A stretch of 64,000 nucleotides of DNA from Psammoneis japonica (lineage: Eukaryota). The position numbers and the translations under genes were made by a program. The stretch spans positions 1 through 64,000 of the forward strand of contig QPGO01000165.1 in assembly GCA_008632985.1 (NCBI GenBank), read 5' to 3'. Below, piece by piece: positions 12,796 to 25,008 of the stretch (position 1 is the first letter of the stretch; every line of letters begins with the position of its first letter). The notes under the pieces were generated by a model that ran no database searches, was not told the origin of the DNA, and was given only the letters and a program-made list of their open reading frames with translations.

Positions 12796-15168
12796 ATGGG
12801 TCGTTATCATCATCCTCGTTACGATCGTCGTTCTTCCTCCAGTACAATTTCTTCTTCTTCTAGCACATCTTCCTTGTGCCACCGTCTCGATCAAGCGCTC
12901 CATCCTCCACGATGGTCCAGCACGAGCAGCAGCGGCATTAAAAGTACAAGCAAAATTTCGTTGCGTTCCTCTCATCATGGCCGCATGCGTCGTCAACAAC
13001 GTGCGTTATCCAAATACGAGCTGAAACGAGCCATCAAGTACGGTCAGCGTCGAGTACTGCCGGGAAGAAGAAGGCTCGAATATCGATTCAATGGTTTAGT
13101 GGTTATTGTTGATGGATACACAAAAACGGAAATTACAAGTTACAAAGAAGTGATGGACGCTGATGTACCGTTTCAAACCATTTATCCAGAGCAACGGAAA
13201 CAACATGACGATGCTCGCAAACTCAATCAGCAAGAGGCATGTTTGAACTGTGCATAATATGAATATATGTCGTAAGTTGACTAAACCAACAGAACAAGAC
13301 AACTCATGTTTGCTTTTTGTTTTCCATCTATACAGCCACGACAATGCAAGAGCCACTCCAGTTTGCTCATTGACAAGAGCGGATCGATGCGTACGCCGGA
13401 CGTGCAGGGTTGCAATTCTCGTCTTGCTTCTGTGTTTTTAGCCATTGCTCAAGACTTTATCCGTCCTCGCATTGACGCAGCCGGACGAGGGATGCAGGAT
13501 GCTATTTCGGTGATAATCATGGGCGAACGACCCTTTTTATGGATGAATGCGTGGCCCACCGACTTTGTCACGTACAATGCCTTTGTTGCGGCATTCAAGC
13601 ATGGTCATGTCCAAGCCGAGGGACATTGCTGCTACCGACCATCAATTGATACGGCTCAAACAATCTTTGACCGATACGACTCTGCCACGTGTCAATTGGT
13701 GTTGGGAATCTTTACCGATGGACGACCCAGTGACTCGTCCGTGTTCAAAACCAATTGGGACCAATCGGTCCAATCCATTTCCACATCCGTTCAATCCATG
13801 GCAGCCAAGATTGGCAACCGATTGCAAATCCGAGCCATTGGCATGGGATCTGCCAATCAATGGCAAACGCTGGATACTGTGTGCCAAGTGGCTCGCAATT
13901 ATGGTTGTCAAGCGCAGGTGGAAACACCCAGCATGTCCTCGTCTAGTCTAGGTGCCGTGGTGAGCAGCATTGCAACGTCGCTTACCACGTCACAAGTTGA
14001 CAACCATGGTTCTTCTAATAATGGCGTCAATCGTGTCGTTCGACCGGTGCGTCGTGAAGACCGATCTCGTGTACCGCTCTTGACGGAAGCGGTGGATGCT
14101 ACGGATTTTGACATTTTCATGCAAGACAAGGTGGTTCGGGAAGAACACATTGGAGGAGATGCCTTTGTGCAAGCTGAGTTGCAACACCCGGAAGCCCGCG
14201 GTGTTGCAGTACGCAAACAACCCTTTGATGAAGGCAGCGAACGGTTTGCCTATCAATTCTTTGAAGTTGCACAAGACGGACGAACCGTCGTTGGAATGCC
14301 GCTGGTTGCCAAGGCGTGCAAATTTGTTCTAAACAATGACAAGGATGAAGACGACGGTGGTGTGTCGTTGGAAGAGTACACGCACAAGTTTGTGACACGC
14401 TTTTGTCGTATTCATACCGTGGCAACCCAAATAGCAAATGCCTTTAATGAACGGTTGGACAAGATTGCGCGTCTCGATTCGAGCGTGCCGCGTGTCGAGT
14501 TTCTACCCTGTTCGGTCTATCGTCTCGAGCACGACGACGGAACTACGTCTGCCTATGTGGTGGAGCCTCGTCTCTTTGGGAAGTTTCAAAAGTGGAATAG
14601 CAACAATGGGTGGATTCGTGAACGCAGTACAAAGCCATCACCAGTGAAATCGATGGGCATCTCTTGTGGTGGTGGTTTGGTCCCCATCAAGGAAGAAGTA
14701 GACGAAGAAGTGTTGAACGAAGAACCCATGGACAAAGAAGAGGAAAAGTAGGAATCATCCAGTATGGATGTTGCCATGGATTCATCAGGTAACGCTGTGA
14801 TTGATTTAACCACAAGCGACGACGATGACGAGGGCGAGTGCTTGTTTGTGCAGGGAGACGATGTTGCCCAGGCCTTTTCTCACTTTAGCTATTCGCTAGA
14901 ACGCCAGAAACTACTCGTGTGTGACTTGCAAGGTGTCTATGATCGTCAGGAACTTTTGCTTCGTTTCACAGATAGATCCGTCATTCACCACGTCGTCTAC
15001 AAGGAAACCGAGGGTGCAGCAAACAAACGTGGCAGCAGCAAGTACGGACGAACCGACCGTGGTAACAAGGGTATTGCTGACTTTTTCGATACGCATCCAT
15101 GCAATTGCCTTTGCAATATAGTAACCAAGGGTTTTCTTCCAGTCAAGACTACGAATTTTGAAAAGTAA
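12796..15168 (+). pseudogene. vWA plus alpha-kinase (eEF2K/MHCK-like) gene with an in-frame TAG at 14749-14751
   Basis: Exon 1 has SHHGRMRRQQR..AIKYG; probable GC-AG intron 13237-13335; vWA motifs DKSGSM and FTDGRP; kinase motifs FDEGSERFAY, VEP..GKFQKWNSNNG, then QAFSHFSY..LLVCDLQG..YGRTDRG..HPCNCLC in the same frame after the stop. Confidence 0.8.
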
Positions 15169-15548
15169 GTCAGATCAGAGTTGCAAGACAAGCACAGCCA
15201 ACTTGCGAGATTGACGCAAGGTCGTCCTGAGATATCAAACCGGGGAGTCAATACTCGCATGTCTAGATGGATAAGGTGCTTACTCTCTGGAAAGACTTTA
15301 TCAGCAGAAAACATCTGCGTGCGTAGCTTTCCACTGGCCATTGCAACTACCATACGATTTGAGAGGCTCCGTAGCTACAAGTATCCGATAATAGCTCTAC
15401 CTCTTGTCTACTGTAATCTTTGTCAGTTATTCTGATCACGAGATCCCGCCAAAAGAAAGGTGTGAGTAAAAATTCGACAAGGACTTTTTTTGAAAGAAAC
15501 AAAGTAAAGTAAAGCAACTCATTCGATTGTGAATGCAAAAATCGATTA

Positions 15549-16348
15549 TTATAGGGAATACGCATATGCAGACCCTGATGAATCACCGTTGATGCCACCG
15601 AATTGGGCCCCTACTCCAAGAACGGTTCCATTTGCGGACAAGGATACGGACCCTCCAAATTCATCATTTTCAGCCTCACCATTCAATGGATCGCCCACTT
15701 GACTCCATTCTTGCATTTCAGGATGGTATTGAAAGACTACAACTTGACCTGCGTCAACGAGTCCATTGACATCATGCCAAACACTTCCAACAGCCAACGC
15801 ATTTGCGCTTCCACTCAACGACACGGACCAACCAAAGACATCACCCGATTGTTGTGTGCGAAGGATTTGACCACGTGTTGTCTACAAGGACGTGGAATTA
15901 TCGTACTGATAGACCACGGCATACCCATCATTTCTATTTGCACCTCCTGCCACAATGTGACCCGTGTCATCAAGAGAAACAGACCATCCAAACTTGTCAA
16001 GAGCGCCAAGGCCGTAGATTGGATCCCCCATTGATTGCCAAGAGGACAATGCTGAATTGAATTGGTAAAGTTGAACCTGATTGGCATTATCGCCGCCCAT
16101 TGCAACAACGGTTCCCGAGCCACTAACGCCAACAGAAAAACCATGCTGAGCATCTTCTTCTACGCCAAGAATTGTTTCTCCAAGTTGGTTCCAGACAGAT
16201 GATCCGGCATTGTACTGAAACACTTGAACTGCTCCCGATCCCCTTCCATTGATCGTGTCGGCCCATCGTACCCCAATCGCAACAACGTCCCCTCCATTCG
16301 ACAACGAGACGGAACAACCAAACAACTCACCGCCACCTTGGCCGAGAA
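15549..16348 (-). pseudogene. 3' fragment of the FG-GAP-like beta-propeller gene, truncated at the duplication junction
   Basis: Repeats FGxSVSLS.xG..VA.G; near-identical to 36011-36810; in-frame TAG at 15882-84. Confidence 0.8.
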
Positions 16349-19300
16349 GGAGTCTCTCACAGCCATCCAAAGACAACTGGTCACTTGCGCTGTCACACAG
16401 ATGGCTCCATGGTCTCTGCACAGGTGTGTTGGCTGGGCCAAAAAAGCCCCCAGTCATGTCAGAAAGGAAAGGGGCCACATTGACACAAGAAAAGGCCTTT
16501 GCTCCCCAACCAAGGGGTTGTTGTTGGCTCTCCTGGGACACAATGGAATCACCCAAGGCCAGCAAAAGACGTCCGGGCACTTGCGCTGTCACACAGAAAG
16601 CTCCCTTGCCTCTGCAGGTGGGGTGGCTGGGCCACCACAGCAAGCCGATCCCATCAGAAAGAAAAGGGGCTGCACTGGCCCAAGACAAGGCTTTTCCTTT
16701 CCAACCATCATTGCAACCGCCTCTTCCTGGACCCAACAGAGTCTCTTGTGCCTGCCCCCAGACAACTGAGTGCTTGCACTGTCACACAGATTGCTCCCTT
16801 GTCTTTTTTGCAGGTTGAGCCACCAAAAGCCATCCCAAGACAACAGAGTGCTTGCACTGTCACACAGATGGTTCCCTTGTCTTTGCAGGTTGGCTGGTGC
16901 CTCCACACCTTGTGCAGCTGGGCATCTTCTTGTGTGGAGGACATTCATGCAAGGGGCTGGGCCATTGTCTTCATTTGCGGTGATGGCAAGAGGGAAAAGA
17001 TGAGACATTCTTCCCAGTCTCTGTCATCTGGCAATGGCTTTCCAAGCAGTGGCACCATTGCTTGCTTTGTGAGATGCAAAGACCATGCCTTGGCAAGTTT
17101 AAATCTGAGCAACTCTTCCTGCTGTTCCCAGTGCTTCTCTTCCTGCAGCGCTGGGTGGGGGTGTGTGCTTGCCAAAGTCATTGTCAGGGTTCAGGCCAAA
17201 ATGGAGAAAGAAGAGCACTGGGAGATGCCCTTGAAAATGTCTTGAGAGTTAAGAAAATGTTGAACAAGAAGAAGCAGGATGATGTGGGCTGGTCAGTCAA
17301 TGCAGGACTCTTGCCACTGTGGTGAATCCCAAAATGTCCATTGCCGCCATCTGTAAAGAACAGTCAGGCTGACATCACATGCAGCACTGCGTGTGCATTG
17401 AGATGTCACTTGATCCATTTCAGCTGCTGTCCTCCTTTCACTCCATGCAGCAAGCACCTGTTGGCTGTCTCTAGAGCAGAGAGCAGTGATTTGGCAGAGG
17501 CTGCATGACACCCAACTGCTGCAGTGCTCAGCAGAAATCCAACAGCAAATGTGGACAAGAATGATGGACGGCAATTGCAAACCAGGTCCTGCACAGGACA
17601 GTTGAGCACAAAAAAGTGAGAAGATGTGGCATCACACTTCATCACATGGAAGTTGCACAAGTGCTTTTTTCATCATGGTCTTTTCCAAGATGGATCTTGG
17701 TCTCCAAACTCATGCTCTGCTCCTTCTCGTCTTTGTCACCAACATCTCCATGTTGCCACATTCCAGAACAAGATTTGCGAGCTGTTTCCTGGGCAACCTT
17801 CAATTCCACAGACATGCTTGCCAGGCCACTGCCTTCCAAAATTTCAATGCCAGACAGTCTGCGTTGGTTTGCTTGACTGCATGAGCAACAAGTCCAGCAG
17901 CCACAAGTTGTTCATCAATGGCCCGACGCACAGCTGAGCAATCATTGAGCAACAAACAACAACGGAAGAGATGGCCACACAAACTTGCTTTGAAAAACAA
18001 ACAAACAAAAGCTTGCCTGCATCCATTGCTTTCATGCCCCCCATCCACATTTCAAATCCAACAATGTCCATTCTTGCAGTGTCAGCACTGACACCTGAGT
18101 CTGAGCGACAGGCATTGCTGCGACAGTGTGCTGCCACACCATCAATGGTGCTGCACTCTCTGTCAATTCTGATGCAACAAAAGAGCACAGCCAGAAACAT
18201 GAGTCAGTGTGGAACAATGCCAAGACATTGCATGAAATGTGTTGAGCGACAAATGACAACAACGCAAGAGACAGCAATGCAACTTGCTTTGGTGCCAAAA
18301 CAAAAGCCTTGCTTGCATCTCTTTTGCCCCCCTTCGGTGATTCAAAGCATGATTTGTTACAGCTGCAATGTCTCAAACAGCAGAGTGACAGCAATGCTTT
18401 GAATGCAGTCAAATTGCTGCAGCAGAAGAAGCGGGAACAACAGGAAGCACATCATCAAAATCAAAAATGCAATTGGGTGATGGAAGACATCACCTGCCAT
18501 GGTGATTCTGTTGCAACAGTGAAGACAATCATCACATCATTGCAGCTGTTGGCGTTGATGTGGTGTGTGTGGTCTGGTGTGAAAAAATGTGCGTCTGCCA
18601 ACTGCAAATTGGGCCACACAGGTGTCAACAACTTGAAAAAGAAAAAAATGGTTAAATTGTTTGTGGCTCAATGTTTGCAAAAATGCACAATTAACAACTG
18701 TGTAAATTGAAGATCAGTGGACAGAGTTAGAGCCTGCCTGTGCAACAATTTTGTTTGTCAACAAGCTTCATTCTTGACAAGCACCAAAACATGTTGCAGA
18801 CAAAGGTTGTGGCATGCAAGCAAATTTCTGAGGTGCCATCTTATGTGCAAGCAACTGCAGCAGACAGTCATGCAATTGAGTCCAACGCATTGTTGTGCAT
18901 CGTTGCTGAGGTTTGAGAGGGGTTGTGAGGGGGGGTCAGCCACTGTTTGACAAGAGTGTGCAAAGCTGCATCTTGTTCTCCAGGAAATGACCCATGTGCG
19001 CACTGCAAGTGAGAACTTGACAAGCTCAGAGCTGGGCCACTGTGTGTGTCAACCCACCATCAGGGGGTGTTTCAAAGTCACTGCATTGCACCGTGAGGTC
19101 AAAACATTGAGAAACATTTTGACTTGCCGGGGAGCACCCAACAAGCACACAGCCATCAAGAAGAGTTTTGATGACATTGACAGGAGGGTGAAGCTTGCAA
19201 AAGAAAAACAAGGGACAGGAGGAGACAAGATCCATCATGCCCCCCTCCAGAGTCAAATGACAAGCATGCCTCCCAGATTTTTGGAGAGACATTTGGGAGC

Positions 19301-22300
19301 ACATGAGGTTTTTTTTAGAAAGTGGCCTCAAGCAAAACATGGGCTTTGACCAGCAAGAAGAAGTTGCTGTTGTGTGGAGGTTGTCCAAGAACAAAACAAG
19401 CTTGTCCCACGTTTGAGCTGCTGCTGTGTTGCCATTTTGTGCACAGTTTTTTGTTCTGAAACATTTGATGAGAACACACAAAAAACCACATTTTCTTGTC
19501 CTCCAGAAGATGAGCCATGAGTTGCCCACAATAAAATGGTTTTGTTGTCCATTGAAAGCAAGAATTTGACAAGTTCAGCTGAGCCACCACACCTCAAAAC
19601 AGGCCGCTGTGCTCTGGATGATTGTGTTGAAACACTGAGGTGCATCTTGCTTGACCTGCTGCAGTGGCAAGTTTTGATGACATTGACAGGAGGATGAAGC
19701 TTGCAAAACAGATGGTTCATGAGTGCAAGACAAGATCCATCATCCCACTCCAGAGTCAAGTGCAAAGTTTTGGAGCACATGAAGCCTTTTGTGGAACAGG
19801 GGCTGCTCCTCCCAAAATGCGAGCTTTGACCAAGTGCTCCACGTCTGGTGTGGCAATGATCTGAGATGCGAGCCAGCATGGCACAAAATTTCCGTTGCTG
19901 CAGAAAGTCGGATTTGTCCTGTGTTGTTAATTGCCTGATGCTAAGTCTGCACGCCGGTGTGCAGACAACTGATGTTGTTCGTTAAACCATGCTGTGATCT
20001 TGCACACTCATGCCCGAGTTGATTCATGCCACACAATCTTGTCACCTGCCACGTGTCGTTGCTGCCATGTGGTTCGTCCCACTCATTTTCATTTCATTTG
20101 TTTTTACAACATGAACAATGGCACCCCCCTTTGCCGTCGGAAATGATTGTCCCATGTGCGGCAAACGTTTTCTCTCAACTGGTCTTCAACACCACCTGAG
20201 AACTTGTCTTCCCTGCAAACTGTCCTTTTCTCAAAGCCTTCGTGACGTTTCTTCCCGTCAATCCCACCCCGCCAATGGAGAACATCCCCAAACTGGAGAA
20301 ACAGATGAACAAGTGGATGTTGCCACCTCTTCTGCTCTCAGCTCTCCTCCATTCGAATTTGTCGCCGCAGGCCCCGATGCCAACAAATCTCCATCTCCGC
20401 CAGGTTACACCCGACACAATCCCCGGCCGCCGCGTTCCCATCGTGCATCTTCATCCATGCCAGAGCTGCGTGTTTCCCACAACAATTCCATTCTTCCCCA
20501 CGTTGATGATGTTTCAGAATGTCAGTTTCCCGACCCCGAAGAATTTGTTTCCGACACCGAGGCTTCTGCCATCAATGTTGCAGAATCTGGCCCCTTTTCC
20601 GCACTCGATCAAGTTGGGCACCTCTCCGCGGACGAGGACCTCGTGGTGCCCGAAGTGCACAACTGCAAAACAACATCCATGGTCCGCATGTTGAATTTGT
20701 GCCACTCCAAGGGTGCCCCAATGAGTGTGACAGATGAATTGCTGAGAACTGTGCAGGAGGAATTCTCCAGTGGTGGGTTGTCCGTCACAAGACAAATTCC
20801 CTCTTCTCGAACTTTCATGTCCAAGCTCAAGTCAATGTTGCCCAGCGTTGTGGCCCCTGTGCTGCAGCACATTCCTCTTGAGTCTGTTTCCATCGTCAAC
20901 CAATTCAAGACCAACCCGCCTCAGGATCTCTCTCCCAGCATCCCTGTGTGCGACTTTTCCTTTCAACTGCAGGATCTGTTCGACGATCCCCTTTTTGCCG
21001 ACCTTTCAAATCTTGATGTTCCTCCTGATTCACGTTGGTCTCAGGAGCTCTCCAGTGAACCCATGTTGGATGAGAATGGCAACTGGAAACTTTGTGACGA
21101 TGCCGAAATGAAGGATGGTGAAACTCACAGGAACTGTGTTTGTGGCAGCAATTTTCCCACCGTCCCCGGTTTCTTTCATGTGTTCCTTTTGCATTTCACC
21201 GACAAAACCGGGAAAGGACAGGTCTCACCTCATTCGATGGAGCCATTTGTTTTCTCTATGACTCTCATCAAGTCATGTGCCCGCCATCATTTTGAAGCAT
21301 GGCGTCCTCTTGGATTTGTTCCGAAACACACCGGTTGCAAAACAAAGAATCCCGTTTTTGGGATGAACGTCAGAAATTATCACTGAATTTTGTCTGTCAT
21401 CCTAGCGTCTGTGATTCAAGCGCAAGAATCACCTCCTGTCTGCTGAGTCCAACTTGGCGATCAGTGTTGTTGTGAGCACATTGTTGTTCACAGCGTGACA
21501 TTGTTGGGCGATGCTGTTGACGCCGCACAAGTCACCGGTCATGTTTCTGGGCGTGAGAACTCCTGCCGCATCAGTCATGCCTGTCACACTTCCTGGACCA
21601 ACAGCAATGAACAATGAACCTTTACAATGCTGCAGGCACTTTTCCCAAGAACTGATGGAGCGTTTGACTGTGGCAGCCCTTGGTCACTGCGATGGATTGT
21701 GCGAAGTTGTGGAGCAATTGCACGAATCGTGTGAAAGAGAGAGAGAGAAGAAGCGGGTGTAGATGAGGAAGACAGAAGGGTGAGAGCAAGGCTGAGCGAT
21801 GAGTGAGAGAGAAGAGATGAGCCCAAATGCCTGCACAGCATGTGATCAAACTAGTGCACACCAAAATCATGGAAATTTTTAACAAACCAGTGAGTTGAGG
21901 ACAATGTCAAAACAGTGTTCTGTTCGTGGTGGGCTCGCAGCAGAGCAAGCTGGGGGCAGCTAGAGAATGGTGACCCAGACGGCACAGCGAGACATTGCAT
22001 GCCAGCCAACAATGAAAAAACAAGGTTTAGGACTGCAGCCCTTTCACACAGGAAAATTGTGCCCACAAAATAAAATTGGCTGGCGATTTGAAAATTGTGG
22101 CATGCAACAGTGGGGAGTGCGATTGTTCTTCGCTCGGATCATGAAATGTGCAGTGAACGGATGATGGGCGGGAGGCTGAAAACAACAAAACATGCCATTC
22201 AAAAGGAATGTAAAATTCATCAATTGATGTTTGATGATGAGAAATTTGAAAAATTTGGCATGCAACAAAAGGGAGTTTTTAGAAAAGGGCGAACGTGCGT

Positions 22301-24126
22301 GATGGCTGGCACACACTCCAGGACTGGGTTTGGCGCAGAGGGGATGATTTCATTGACACAACACGTGAGGATGGGTGGGCAACATGTCGGTGCAAAACAA
22401 TTCATCAGGTGCGTGCATTGCGGCGTCAGTGCACAAACAGATTGGCCCTCTCACGCTGCTTGTGTGTCCTTCATGACAGTCAGCACCCATGACACAACAA
22501 ACACAGGATGCCACAATGTCCAGATTGTGGGAATGTCGGTCGTGAGCTCGGAGGTGGCAAAGAAAAAGTTCATGGATGGCCAGACAACCAATTGCGTTAC
22601 AACTGCGGTGCACCAAGGACAAAGTTCGTGATGCACGATGACATCAAGTTGGCCTTTGGGAGCAAAATGCAGAAAAAGGTTTGCAAGCACCTCAATGTGG
22701 ACGTGGGTGACTGTGCAGTTTGGTGGGAAGAGAACAAGGAAAAGGTGAGGAAAAGACTCAACAGGAGAAGAAACAACAGACAGGAGGCATTTAGAAAGAA
22801 GATGGTTGGCAAGTAAAATTCGGGAGGCGGGTTGATGAGGTGAAGCAGTGTTCTCACCAATTGTTTCTTGCTCAGAAATGGCTAAATGCGAGGGACTAGA
22901 AACAGTCAAAGACATCAAAAAGGGCAGGCGGTTGGCTCATGCTCACTTCTGGTTCTTGGAGAATTTCTGCTCAACAGCGGCGGGCATGGAATGCTGCAAA
23001 ACAGCAGACAACCAAGGTGTCAGCAACTGGCTGACAACAAGCATGGAAGCTTTTGCAAGGCTCATGTGTGACAACTGCTGCAAAATGGCCTTGTCAGTAG
23101 CAGAGGTCGAGGAGGAATTCGAAGATGACGGAGGGGCGCACCAAACGACACAACCCGTGGCCCCAAAATGCACTTTCCTGGGGAAAGGCACAAAACAAAA
23201 TCAAGGATGGAACCAGGGTGGGATCAAAAAGCACAACAAACTCTACGATGCTGTGGCGAAGGAGAGAGAACAGATTGCAGCAGAGTCGATGCACAGCACC
23301 TGCAAACAAAGAAATCGGAGAGCGCTCATGGCAAGAAAAGAAAAAAGAAAAAGAAGGACAGCATGAGCGGATGGGCTGCTCCAAAAGCTGATTGGAGCGA
23401 CAGCAAAAAGGAGGCCGCTGGAAGGAACAACGAGCAAGTGAACAAAGAGGAAGAGGAAGAGACTCCAGAAGCAGCAGCGACCGACAACAGTGCTTCGACA
23501 CAAACGGGTTCTCGACAAAGAGTGGTGAACAACAACACACAGAAGCAACACAGGGTGCAACGAGGAAACGGGTGGAACAACAGCGGTGTTCACCAGTGTG
23601 CAGCAGAAAATGACGGTGGCAGCGATGTTGACCACGAAATCCACTCAGTTCAGAAGCAGCAGCTGTGTTGAATGTGAAAAGCGTCCAAGTGTTGCACTGT
23701 AAAATGATGGGCATGTTGTCCGTGTGCTTGTTGGATTTAAAGCAAGGTTTGAAAGCAATGTGAATCGGGGGCTGTCACAAAGGCAAATTGTCACATGGTG
23801 AAAAGGGGGCCAGTGTTGCACTTGACAATGTCAGGAACATTCTCCGCATGGTTGTCACATTTAAATTTTCTGGTGTTGCATGACAAAAAAAAAACCAGAT
23901 GGAAAGCAAGATTTCTGCCACGGCATGCAAGAATTTTAAAATTAAATTTAACAAAATTCTGCCATGAAGGGCAAGAATGTCGCACGCAAGTTCGCGCGCG
24001 ATGTCAGATTGTTGCCCCACCAGACGCAATCACAAAAAAAGTGATTGTCCTGTGTTTGAGCCAGTTTGTTTCATGTGCAGGTTTTTGCTCTGAAATGTGG
24101 GAAGTGATGGACTCCCACCGCCATTG
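16349..24126 (+). repeat. Direct segmental duplicate of 1745-9519 (second, 5'-truncated copy of the Plavaka-like element, right end at 24043)
   Basis: Near-identical sequence at an offset of about 14.6 kb; junction at a GGA microhomology (1745-47, 16349-51). Confidence 0.95.
20118..21740 (+). pseudogene. Plavaka-type transposase, second copy
   Basis: Translation nearly identical to 5511-6779. Confidence 0.7.
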
Positions 24127-25008
24127 AGAAGCTTCTTTTACGTCGGTGAAAAGTTGGAAGCAATTTTCTGGACTCTCGAAAACAAGCTGCGATGCTCCTG
24201 CTGCTCCACCGCCACCACTCCCGCCACCGGGCACTGCTGCAAGTTCCCCACCACCTCCTCCTCCCGCTGAAACGAGTGCAGAACAACAAGAACAACCCAA
24301 AGACGCCATTGCGCTTGCGGCCGAGTCAGTCTCTGCTACAGCTCCAAACCCGGGCACTTGCGAAGAAGCCACGTTGGATTGCAAGCGTCTCGTGCAACTC
24401 GACACCCACGATGGCTTTCGCGTGGACATCAACAAGCAGCTCAGTCCCTTCATGGCGGTTGTGCATTCCTTTTGGCTCGGCACGTCCATGCTTCCCGACG
24501 GACGCAACCGGACCTGCACCTTTGTCATGCACGCAGCCGATGAACAGGGACTTCTCATGGCCCGTGTCGATCCCGAACGCGGCTTGGTCGATGGACGGAT
24601 CCATCGTGCGCTCTTGGGCGGGTTGGCCATGGTCAAGGTACAAGCCGGTCTAAGTGTGAGTGGTGAACACGATCAACTCTTGGCTGAACTGGACTTTGGT
24701 GGAGAAACGTGGAGGGGTGACCTCAAGTGCGGCTCCATGGGTGGGGGGCAAGTGTTTGGATGCAATTGCTTTCAGAGTGTAACAGACCGGCTCGCCATGG
24801 GAGGGGAGGGCATGCACCTTGCTGCGAATCAAAACATTCTTTCCAATTGTGCCGCCAAATGCACTGCGCCCGTCAGAACGGAGGACGGTGACGGCGGCGG
24901 GTCTAGTGCGATTTGTGCCAACTTCAACACGTCCCAGGGACTCTTGTTGCTCAATTACAAACGAGTCGTGACACCCAACCGTGTCACACTTGGAGCCGAG
25001 TTGGAGTG
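24127..25008 (+). pseudogene. TOM40: TOM40 fragment, truncated at both ends and TpA-hypermutated
   Basis: Corresponds to 10942-11823; lacks the ATG because of a deletion equivalent to 9520-10941; 7 of 8 Tyr changed to Cys/His; fused to transposon sequence at 25009. Confidence 0.9.

Noticed and set aside
14749..14751. Stop-codon reassignment suggested by in-frame TAGs in two genes
   Set aside because: FKBP ends at TAG right after its conserved C-terminus, and the affected genes carry other lesions.
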